This document shows positions 9,506-17,644 of a stretch of 23,590 nt of DNA, in pieces. The notes below the pieces were generated by a model. It was not told the origin of the DNA, did not search any database, and saw only the letters and a list, made by a program, of their open reading frames with translations. The stretch lies in contig JBBRUX010000056.1 of the NCBI GenBank assembly GCA_038247415.1, positions 1-23,590 of the forward strand, read 5' to 3'. The translations under genes were made by a program, and so were the position numbers. This stretch comes from Chitinivibrionales bacterium. GTDB lineage: Bacteria; Fibrobacterota; Chitinivibrionia; Chitinivibrionales; WJKA01. The stretch's first letter is position 1; the number at the start of each line of letters is the position of its first letter.

Positions 9506-11098
9506 CTAATTTGCATTTTTTCCTGCAAGAGGAGTTGTCTCACCCTTTGGATAAAAAACAAATTCATCCTGTTCGAGGAGTTCATCTTCGAGACATGTTA
9601 TATGTACACCATGCTCAAGCTCTATTTTTTTAAGCATTAAATCGCCTTCTTTATGCAAAAACGTAGCAACCGCTGGATGCAGGGCAAGAGACAATTCTTT
9701 TGGAATCTTTTCGAAATCGGCTCGTTTAAGCCATCGATCGATTCTTGTAGATACGGTTGCTGGCGAAAACACCCACCCTAGCCCATTACAGGCATGGCAA
9801 ACATCGGTATACAACTCCTGCAACTCTGGACGCACGCGCTTACGAGTCATTTCCATAAGGCCAAATTTAGAAAGCGGAGTGCTTGAGGTTGTGGAAGAAT
9901 CCGCTTCAAGCACCTTGCGCATATGTGCCTCAACGCGGCGCCGATGTTCAAGATTGCGCATATCAATAAAATCTACAACTATAATGCCACCAATATCACG
10001 CAAGCGAAATTGACGACCAATTTCACTGGCTGCTTCAAGGTTAGTTTGCAATATTGTGTCGTCGGGATTTTTTTTGCCAACATTACGCCCGGTATTCACG
10101 TCGATTGCCAAAAGCGCTTCGGCATGATCGAGCAAAATGTACCCGCCACTGCGAAGCCAGACTTTTCGCTTAAGCGATAGCTCTAAATCTTTTTCGATAT
10201 TAAAAGTATCAAATAAAGGAACTTTGCCAGAATACAGAGCTACTCTCGAACAAAGGTGGGGCGACATTGTATTAAGGTACTGGATAATTTCATCGTAATC
10301 GTCTTTTTGATCGACATGTACCTCGGCAACATCATCCGAAAGGAAATCACGAATAACCATCGTGGTTATTCCCATTTCTTTATACACGAGTTTTGGCCCA
10401 GAACCCGAAAGTGCTTCTTGCTGAATAGTTCGCCATGCTTCGATGAGCGATTGGATCTCTGCAATAAAATCTTCTTCTGCGACATTAAGCCCAATAGTCC
10501 GAACAATAAAGCCAATGCCTGGAGGTTTCATCTGGGCAATGATGGCTTTAAGTCGGCGCCGCATTTTAGAGTCTTCTGTTTTCTTGGATACGCCAATAAA
10601 ATCGGTATCGGGAACCAGCACTAAAAACCTACCCGCCAAACTAACTTGCGTGGTTATTTTTGCGCCCTTGGTACTAATTGGTTCTTTTGCAACCTGCACA
10701 AGAATCTGCTGCCCTACTTCTAAAAGCTTTTCGATGGGAACTCGACCCACGGGCTTTCGACGCCGGCCATCCGAATCGCTTTCCATCCCAAACTTTTCCA
10801 TTAAGGCATCGTTTGACTCAAGCAGAAGCGATGCATCGATGTCTGATGTGTGAAGAAAGGCACTTTTTTCCAATCCAACGTCAACAAATGCCGCTTGTAA
10901 ACCAGGTAGGATCGAAGTCACTTTACCGCGATAGATATTGCCAACAATTCGACACGAATCAGGGCGTTCTACAACAAGCTCAACAACTTTATTGTTTTCT
11001 AACAATGCAACCCGCTTTTCGGTGGGGGTTGCGCTAAAAAGAATTTTTTTCCCGCTTGATGTTTGCGGAGAACTTTGATTAGATATTACCATTACCAT
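9506..11098 (-). CDS. rng: Ribonuclease G (RNase E/G family, no scaffold tail)
   Basis: S1 domain (GNIYRGKV, AAFVDVG), KEPISTKGA, catalytic DVNTG and VVDFIDM, FGLMEMTRKR, Zn-link CHAC; 530 aa. Confidence 0.93.
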   Translation of the reverse strand: MVMVISNQSSPQTSSGKKILFSATPTEKRVALLENNKVVELVVERPDSCRIVGNIYRGKVTSILPGLQAAFVDVGLEKSAFLHTSDIDASLLLESNDALMEKFGMESDSDGRRRKPVGRVPIEKLLEVGQQILVQVAKEPISTKGAKITTQVSLAGRFLVLVPDTDFIGVSKKTEDSKMRRRLKAIIAQMKPPGIGFIVRTIGLNVAEEDFIAEIQSLIEAWRTIQQEALSGSGPKLVYKEMGITTMVIRDFLSDDVAEVHVDQKDDYDEIIQYLNTMSPHLCSRVALYSGKVPLFDTFNIEKDLELSLKRKVWLRSGGYILLDHAEALLAIDVNTGRNVGKKNPDDTILQTNLEAASEIGRQFRLRDIGGIIVVDFIDMRNLEHRRRVEAHMRKVLEADSSTTSSTPLSKFGLMEMTRKRVRPELQELYTDVCHACNGLGWVFSPATVSTRIDRWLKRADFEKIPKELSLALHPAVATFLHKEGDLMLKKIELEHGVHITCLEDELLEQDEFVFYPKGETTPLAGKNAN

Positions 11099-11234
11099 TA
11101 CTTTCTAAAAAGGACCCATGACATACATTCTACTCGCTCGCATCTTAAAATACTTAGGGGTGCTCTAAAATGATACAAAACATTGCATTGCCACCGAGTA
11201 CCACTGCAAAAAGTGCACCATTGCGCATACTGCT

Positions 11235-12260
11235 TTAAGATTGCGAAACAGATATCCCACAAGCGCTTCTCCAACAATCTAATGAGCGCATATTGCCCAG
11301 AGAATCTAGCGGACTCATCGCATCGAGGTGAACTGCGCCTGCGTAAATTGCAGCTGCCACGGCATCTGCTTCAATTGCAAAAACGTCGCTCGGCGCCACC
11401 TTGATAATGGTTTCTTGAATCTCTGGAGTATGTATGCTTTGAATGTGATACTGATACTCCCCACCAAGAGGAGCAGGTTTAAAAGGCACAGGAACCGAAA
11501 CCATACCCTCAGATCCGTATACCCGCAGAAGCGTCCCCATCTGGAGCCGAAGCCCACACACAAGGTTCGCAAGCAGAGAATCTCCAAATCGTAGCGAAGC
11601 AATCGCATACTCGTCGACGCCCCCCTCGGCTAATACCCCCGCCCCCTCAAAAACCGTGGGTTCTAGAAATGCATTATTGACAGACGCGCCGGCAATCAGA
11701 CGAGCCATAGAGGTGCAATAGCACCCAAGATCTAAAATTGCACCACCACCAAGCTCTGGCGCAAAAAGCCTGTGCGATGGATCGTAGGGTCTGGCAAACG
11801 CAAATTCTGCCTGTATCAGACGAATTTCCCCCAAGCGTCCCGATGTTACCAACTGGATTAGTTCGTACGTTTGAGGATGGCATCGATACATAAATGCCTC
11901 CATGCAAAAGACCCCAGCAAAAGCGACAGCATCAAACATACCCTGGGCTTCGGAAGCATTCATTGCAAAAGGTTTTTCACACAAGATATGTTTTTTTGCT
12001 TGGGCAGCAGCCACTACGCATTCTTTATGAAAAGGATGTGGCGTTGCAATATAGACAACATCAACATCATTGCGTGCGTAAAGTTCGTCGTAGCTTCCCA
12101 CGCCAATAACATTTGTAAATTCCTTGGCAAAAGACTTCGCCTTGGTTGCATCCCGACTTGCCACAACTGTAAGCACCCCGTGGTGGCTCTTAGCCAAGGC
12201 CTGAGCAAATCGTTGCGCAATGTGACCACAGCCCACAATACCCCACCGTATTTTTTCCAT
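11235..12260 (-). CDS. Gfo/Idh/MocA family oxidoreductase
   Basis: WGIVGCGHIA, VVYIATPHPFH, CEKP, MEAFMYRCHP and GGGAILDLGCY. Confidence 0.92.
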   Translation of the reverse strand: MEKIRWGIVGCGHIAQRFAQALAKSHHGVLTVVASRDATKAKSFAKEFTNVIGVGSYDELYARNDVDVVYIATPHPFHKECVVAAAQAKKHILCEKPFAMNASEAQGMFDAVAFAGVFCMEAFMYRCHPQTYELIQLVTSGRLGEIRLIQAEFAFARPYDPSHRLFAPELGGGAILDLGCYCTSMARLIAGASVNNAFLEPTVFEGAGVLAEGGVDEYAIASLRFGDSLLANLVCGLRLQMGTLLRVYGSEGMVSVPVPFKPAPLGGEYQYHIQSIHTPEIQETIIKVAPSDVFAIEADAVAAAIYAGAVHLDAMSPLDSLGNMRSLDCWRSACGISVSQS

Positions 12261-12362
12261 GCGTTCCCCTTAATTCATTATAGTGCATAACAATGCTTAC
12301 CGCTTAAAAAATAGACTGTGGCGATTGATCTCAAAAAAGAATCGACATCCTTGTAAAAAGAC

Positions 12363-12390
12363 TAAAGTACGGTTCGCAGAATACCGATAC
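12363..12390 (+). promoter_or_regulatory. Sigma-28 (FliA/SigD) type promoter of the flagellin gene
   Basis: TAAA-N16-ACCGATAC, matching the TAAA-N15/16-GCCGATAA consensus, about 160 nt upstream of the flagellin ATG. Confidence 0.8.
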
Positions 12391-12505
12391 TTTTTAATGT
12401 GAGTCAGAAAACAGTTCTTTTAAAAGTATACTAAACAAAACGTACAAGGGAGGCAATCAAAATTCAAAGCCGCTGTATTCTTTGATTCTTTCGGTTAATC
12501 AAACA

Positions 12506-12544
12506 TGGCAAGGATGCCAGATCATTTTCTTAAACATGGAGGTT
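12506..12544 (+). promoter_or_regulatory. Putative CsrA-binding sites in the flagellin leader
   Basis: Hairpin TGGCA-AGGA-TGCCA (12506..12519) with GGA in the loop, and AAAC-ATGGAG-GTTT (12532..12545) overlapping the SD. Confidence 0.7.
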
Positions 12545-12548
12545 TCTC

Positions 12549-13406
12549 ATGCGTATTAATCATAACATAGCTTCAATGGTCACACAGGGTTCTCTTTACA
12601 CAACAAACCGTGACCTCAACAAATCTCTCGAACGTCTTTCTACAGGTCTTCGTATCAACCGTGCATCGGATGATGCGGCAGGTCTTGGTGTATCAGAAAA
12701 CCTTCGTACTCAGGTAAAAGGTACAGCTCAAGCACAACGTAATGCACAAGATGGTATTGCTGCAATAACCATCGCCGAAGGTGCCGCAAACGAAATCAGT
12801 GGAATCCTCCAACGTATGCGCGAACTGGCAATTCAAACCTCCAATGATACTTTGACAAGTGTTGAACGAAGCTATGCGAACTCAGAATTCCAGAATCTCA
12901 ATGTTGAAATAGATCGTATTGCCCGGGTGACAAACTATAATGGCCAAGACCTGATTTCTGGTACTGCTGGTCGTTTTGGTTATCAGACTGCAACAGTAGG
13001 AAGCGGATCGGCAATCTGGATTGACGCAAATAATACAGCAGGTACAGACTCGATTACTATTACTATCGATACTCTTTCGGCATCTGGTATTGGTGTAAAT
13101 GCGCTTGCTCTTACTCAACAGATTTCTTCGGTTAATGCGATTTCTGCGCTGGACAGTGCAATTAATAGTGTCAACTCAATGCGTTCTAGCATGGGAGCAT
13201 TCGTAAACAGACTTGAGCACGCTATCAATAACTTGCTCATATCCAATACGAACCAACAGTCAGCCGAATCACTCATTCGTGATGTTGACTTCGCTTCGGA
13301 ATCGACTCAGTTTACTCGCAACCAGATCCTTACCCAATCTGGCACATCGATGTTGTCTCAGGCAAATCAGTCGACTCAGGGTGTTTTGCAACTCCTTCAA
13401 CGGTAA
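12549..13406 (+). CDS. fliC: Flagellin (short, 285 aa)
   Basis: MRINHN, LERLSTGLRINRASDDAAG, LQRMRELAIQ, NRLEHAINN and SLIRDVDFASE...QIL motifs. Confidence 0.97.
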   Translation: MRINHNIASMVTQGSLYTTNRDLNKSLERLSTGLRINRASDDAAGLGVSENLRTQVKGTAQAQRNAQDGIAAITIAEGAANEISGILQRMRELAIQTSNDTLTSVERSYANSEFQNLNVEIDRIARVTNYNGQDLISGTAGRFGYQTATVGSGSAIWIDANNTAGTDSITITIDTLSASGIGVNALALTQQISSVNAISALDSAINSVNSMRSSMGAFVNRLEHAINNLLISNTNQQSAESLIRDVDFASESTQFTRNQILTQSGTSMLSQANQSTQGVLQLLQR

Positions 13407-13428
13407 TCGTTTTTGGAGCGGATCCTTT

Positions 13429-13467
13429 AAAGGGAAGCACCTTAGGTTGCTTCCCTTTTTTATTTTT
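13429..13467 (+). terminator. Intrinsic terminator after flagellin
   Basis: AAAGGGAAGCA...TGCTTCCCTTT stem followed by TTTATTTTT. Confidence 0.9.
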
Positions 13468-13525
13468 GTACTAATGATCTCCGATTGCCTTGCAGCAAAC
13501 AAATCCTCTTTTTTAACGCATATTT

Positions 13526-13568
13526 TCTTTCCTTTTTTCTCCTGTTGCTCTTTACTTTTTTCTCCTGT
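13526..13568. repeat. Tandem 20-bp direct repeat, period 23
   Basis: TCTTTCCTTTTTTCTCCTGT (13526..13545) and TCTTTACTTTTTTCTCCTGT (13549..13568), one mismatch. Confidence 0.85.
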
Positions 13569-13579
13569 AATTATATGAT
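13551..13579 (+). promoter_or_regulatory. Putative sigma-70 promoter for glgC
   Basis: TTTACT-N17-TATGAT, about 60 nt upstream of the glgC ATG. Confidence 0.5.
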
Positions 13580-13640
13580 ATATTAAACTGTTAAGACTTT
13601 TAGACACATTTATAAAACCTTTTAAAAAGAGATACGCACT

Positions 13641-14906
13641 ATGCCAGTATTTAATTCAACCTCAGGGTACCCAAACGTTCTTGGAATGATCATGGCCGGG
13701 GGAGAAGGGTCCCGTCTGCATCCACTCACAAAAGAACGCGCCAAACCTGCAGTCTACTTTGGGGGCAAATACCGGATCATAGATTTTGTCCTCAATAACT
13801 TTATCAATTCTGGTATTTTCAAGATTAAAGTTCTCACTCAGTTTAAATCCGACTCGCTCATTAAGCACCTAACCACCGGTTGGAACCTCAATCGCATGCT
13901 TCGTCAATACATCGATCCTGTTCCTGCTCAAATGCGCACAGGGCGCGACTGGTACAAAGGAACCGCCGATGCAGTTTTTCAAAACCTCAATCTTATTGCC
14001 GACGAAATGCCCGATTATGTAGCTGTTTTTGGGGGCGATCATATTTACAAAATGGATGTTTCTCAAATGCTCGAATTTCATCGAAGCGTTGGAGCAACAG
14101 CAACCGTAGCAGCTATTCCAAAGCCCATCGAAGAGGCGGCAGGTCAATTTGGTGTCATTCAGGTAGATGCAAATTGGCGCATGATCGGATTCGAAGAAAA
14201 GCCTCTCAAGCCAAAACCGATGCCTGACAATCCGGGAATGGCGCTTGTGTCGATGGGTAATTACATTTTTAATCGTAACTTTTTGCTCCGCGAATTATAT
14301 AACGATGCAAAACTCGACGACTCCTCCCACGACTTTGGAAAAGATGTTATCCCAAAAATATTCGCCGATTATCCTATTTACGTCTACGATTTTAGCAGCA
14401 ATAAAATACCCGGAGAACTTACCGAGCAGCGTGGGTACTGGAAAGATGTCGGTAGCCTCGATGCCTACTTCGAAGCAACTATGACTCTTCGCAATGTTGT
14501 GCCCGAAATAAATTTATATAACGACGCGTGGCCAATTCGCACTGCAGCAGGACAATCGGCGCCTGCTAAATTTGTTTTTGCCGGGGAAGGGGCCGATTCT
14601 CGCAAAGGAGAAGCTCTCGATTCTATCATTTGCGGAGGATGTATTATTAGCGGTGGCCGCGTTGTTCGGTCGGTACTTTCTCGCGGTGTTCGAGTCAACG
14701 ATCTTGCAGAAGTCGAAAACAGTATCATTTTTCCCGATGTGACCGTGGGTGCTGGGGCTAAAATTCGTAATGCCATACTAGATCGCGGTGTTACCATTGC
14801 TCCCGGAGATATTATCGGATATGATCTGGAAGAGGATAAAAAGCGTTTTTTTGTAAGCGAGAGCGGGATTGTCGTTCTCGAAGCACCGCGGAATACGCTT
14901 TTTTAA
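13641..14906 (+). CDS. glgC: Glucose-1-phosphate adenylyltransferase (ADP-glucose pyrophosphorylase)
   Basis: AGGEGSRLHPLTKERAKPAVYFGGKYRIIDF, WYKGTADAV, GDHIYKMD, FEEKP, SMGNYIF, DFGKDVIP and a C-terminal beta-helix region. Confidence 0.98.
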   Translation: MPVFNSTSGYPNVLGMIMAGGEGSRLHPLTKERAKPAVYFGGKYRIIDFVLNNFINSGIFKIKVLTQFKSDSLIKHLTTGWNLNRMLRQYIDPVPAQMRTGRDWYKGTADAVFQNLNLIADEMPDYVAVFGGDHIYKMDVSQMLEFHRSVGATATVAAIPKPIEEAAGQFGVIQVDANWRMIGFEEKPLKPKPMPDNPGMALVSMGNYIFNRNFLLRELYNDAKLDDSSHDFGKDVIPKIFADYPIYVYDFSSNKIPGELTEQRGYWKDVGSLDAYFEATMTLRNVVPEINLYNDAWPIRTAAGQSAPAKFVFAGEGADSRKGEALDSIICGGCIISGGRVVRSVLSRGVRVNDLAEVENSIIFPDVTVGAGAKIRNAILDRGVTIAPGDIIGYDLEEDKKRFFVSESGIVVLEAPRNTLF

Positions 14907-14978
14907 AGAGCTGATATAATTCTATTCCCTACGATAAAATCTGTACACAATCGTAGCCGTATTGTTATTACATGAAGG

Positions 14979-15006
14979 TTGCGTGTAGCACACGAAAGAG
15001 TATAAT
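14979..15006 (+). promoter_or_regulatory. Putative sigma-70 promoter upstream of the sigma factor gene
   Basis: TTGCGT-N16-TATAAT. Confidence 0.55.
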
Positions 15007-15185
15007 GATGATGCTACTCAACAATTTGAGATTAAGGTTTGTAATACACTTGAAAGCCTTGAAGGTGAATGTTATTTTCTCCGCAGTAGAGGACGATATT
15101 TTAATTACTTTTTGAGCGCGCTATGCCACATGAAAAATTTATTTAACCGCTTTACCAGCTTAAAAACAACCAAAATAGTACAACC

Positions 15186-16022
15186 ATGCTAACAAATTCA
15201 GAAGCACTCTATTTTCGTGACATTAATCGTCACCGTGTTCTTACCGACGAGGAAGAACGCATTCTCGTTTTGGCTGTCCAAAACGACGAAGCAGGTGCAG
15301 TCAACAAACTTATATCGGCAAATCTTCGATTTGCAGTTAGTGTTGCGCGTCGGTATCGCGGACGAGGCTTAAGCTATTTAGAGCTTATTAACGAAGGAAA
15401 TCTTGGTCTTTTAAAATCTGCCAAGCGTTTCAATATGGATAAGAATGTAAAATTCATATCCTATGCAGTGTGGTGGATACGACAATCGATTCAAAAGGCG
15501 CTCTTTGAGCAAGCTGGCACGGTTCGCATTCCCCCCAATAAAATAGCTCTTGTCAATAAATTTAAAAAAGCGCTCGACAAAAACAATGGAGATTACCATA
15601 AAACTATTGGGCTTGACGAGTTTAAAAACCTCGAATACGACATTGTCGAGGTTTTGGAAAAACTCAAAGGCATCTCCCTGGATTCTCCGGTCAACAATGG
15701 CCACGGAGACGATGATTCAAGCGCAACGCTCCACGATATTATTGGCGTAGATCCCGTACAAAATGCAGAATCTGAGCGCAAAGAACTCGGTAATGTTTTA
15801 GATGGTGTTCTCCAAAATATCACCAGTCGCGAAGAGCGCATATTGCGCATGTATTACGGACTCAATTTTTCGCACCAATTTACTTTGCAAGAAATTGGCG
15901 AAGAGCTCAACCTCTCGCGTGAACGTGTACGACTCATCCGCGATCGTTCGTTACGCAAGCTCTTTAAAGACCCTGCTGCCCGCACGCGGCTTACCCCGTT
16001 TATTCAAGACATAAAAGAATAG
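15186..16022 (+). CDS. RNA polymerase sigma factor, RpoD/SigA family (no region 1.1)
   Basis: Region 1.2 (LYFRDI...LTDEEE), region 2 (ANLRFAVSVARRY...ELINEGNLGL...KFISYAVWWIRQSI), SLDSP, and region 4 HTH (TLQEIGEELNLSRERVRLI). Confidence 0.92.
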   Translation: MLTNSEALYFRDINRHRVLTDEEERILVLAVQNDEAGAVNKLISANLRFAVSVARRYRGRGLSYLELINEGNLGLLKSAKRFNMDKNVKFISYAVWWIRQSIQKALFEQAGTVRIPPNKIALVNKFKKALDKNNGDYHKTIGLDEFKNLEYDIVEVLEKLKGISLDSPVNNGHGDDDSSATLHDIIGVDPVQNAESERKELGNVLDGVLQNITSREERILRMYYGLNFSHQFTLQEIGEELNLSRERVRLIRDRSLRKLFKDPAARTRLTPFIQDIKE

Positions 16023-16080
16023 CTTTACTTTTAGATACACGAGCGTTGTGTAGCGAGATCATTAACCCGGTGAATTTCTC

Positions 16081-17223
16081 ATGAAAACTATCGGCATTGC
16101 TCTCAATAGCGTTGTTGGGGGTCCCAGCACCTATGCAACCGAACTTGTTTTTGCTCTCCTAAAACTTAAACTCGATATACAATTGTGCATATTTTCCGAT
16201 AAAAAATTCGAAGTACCACAAGAACTCGCTCATTCCTCTCTGCAAAACATAGTCATTACACTACCCGGGAAATGGGCAGTTCCGCTGTGGGATCACATCC
16301 TACTTCCCTTTGCACTGCTAAAACATCGGGTAGATCTGCTACATCATACTAAAGGCGTTGTACCCTTATTCTTTGGCAGAAAAACTATTGTCAACATCCA
16401 CGATGCTGCGCCACTGCTTTTTCCTGAAACATTCTCTTTCTTTCAAGGCATGTATCTTAGACAAACATTTAAACGCGCACAGCGAAAAGCATCTGTAATA
16501 ATAACAGGATCCAGAAGCGCAGCTGCTGATATCAAAAGTGCGCTCAACGTTGGCCCCGATAGACTTCTGATAATTTATGATGGTGCCCCTGCTCCTACGC
16601 AACCGCTTGACACAGATTATTTCAAAACCGTAGAAAAAAAGTATGCTCTTCCAACCCATTACATTCTTTACATGGGAACCATACAACCCAGAAAAAACAT
16701 CGCGCGCCTGATAGAAGCCTATACGCTCCTTAAAAAAGAAGGCATGCTCGACGTTGAACTTGTTCTTGCAGGAAGATTGGGATGGAACAACAAACAATTC
16801 CAGGTAATGCTTAACAATCAGGCAGAATACGCTCCAGTAAGGTATAGTGGGCACATTGCAGAAGCAGACAAATCCTATGTTTACACAAAGGCAAAAGCCT
16901 TTGTTTCCCCATCATTATACGAAGGCTTTGGCATTACCATTCTGGAAGCTATGCATTATGGGACTCCTGTAATAGCATCTATCGCAGGCTCTCTACCGGA
17001 AATTTGCGGCGATGCGGCCATTCTTGTAGACCCCTTGGACACACAAGCTCTAGCCCAGGCCATACGCTCTGTCCTTACCGATGAGGCTGTTAGATTGAGC
17101 CTTATTGAAAAAGGCACCCAGAGGTGCACACACTTTAGCTGGAAAAAAACTGCGGAAGCAACGTATGCAGCGTATCAAAAGCTGCTTGCACGCTCAAATC
17201 AGGATGCGCCGAGAGGGGTGTAG
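16081..17223 (+). CDS. Glycosyltransferase family 4 (GT-B fold)
   Basis: VNIHD, GTIQPRKN, PSLYEGFGITILEAMHYGTPVI (EX7E motif) and SLPEICGDAA. Confidence 0.92.
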   Translation: MKTIGIALNSVVGGPSTYATELVFALLKLKLDIQLCIFSDKKFEVPQELAHSSLQNIVITLPGKWAVPLWDHILLPFALLKHRVDLLHHTKGVVPLFFGRKTIVNIHDAAPLLFPETFSFFQGMYLRQTFKRAQRKASVIITGSRSAAADIKSALNVGPDRLLIIYDGAPAPTQPLDTDYFKTVEKKYALPTHYILYMGTIQPRKNIARLIEAYTLLKKEGMLDVELVLAGRLGWNNKQFQVMLNNQAEYAPVRYSGHIAEADKSYVYTKAKAFVSPSLYEGFGITILEAMHYGTPVIASIAGSLPEICGDAAILVDPLDTQALAQAIRSVLTDEAVRLSLIEKGTQRCTHFSWKKTAEATYAAYQKLLARSNQDAPRGV

Positions 17224-17280
17224 CTTAATTACGAATGACAGCTTGGGTATGCATAAAGACAATTGACATTACTGAATTCA

Positions 17281-17643
17281 TTACTTGGTATTTTCCCTTG
17301 TTTTCATATATTCAGAAAGCGCACTGTCAAGATCATCGAGTTGGAGTGTTAGTTGAGAAAATAATGCAGCGGCCCCCCGGATATTCCCTTGCAAAGCACA
17401 TTCTTCCATCTGTGAACACACCTCTCCAACTGCCATGCCCCCAATAGTCCGTGCTGCACTCTTGAGAGAATGAGCATGCAGCCGAGACTCGATTTCATTT
17501 CCCACGCCAATAGAACCGGAAAGTTTTGCAACCGTTTCTGATTGCGACTCTTTGTAAACTTTTACTATTTCATAAAAAATTTCTTCGTCGCCACCCAACA
17601 TTTTCAGTGCCTCAGCTTTATCGAATATGGGCATAGATGACAT
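17281..17643 (-). CDS. Stand-alone Hpt (histidine phosphotransfer) protein
   Basis: HAHSLKSAARTIGG Hpt motif and LGGDEEIF N-terminus. ATG 17643 is 1 nt after the kinase stop and preceded by a purine-rich SD. Confidence 0.9.
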   Translation of the reverse strand: MSSMPIFDKAEALKMLGGDEEIFYEIVKVYKESQSETVAKLSGSIGVGNEIESRLHAHSLKSAARTIGGMAVGEVCSQMEECALQGNIRGAAALFSQLTLQLDDLDSALSEYMKTRENTK

Positions 17644-17644
17644 A

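Noticed and set aside
14989..15129. Open frame upstream of the sigma uORF
   Set aside because: No start codon until near its end, and it overlaps the predicted promoter.
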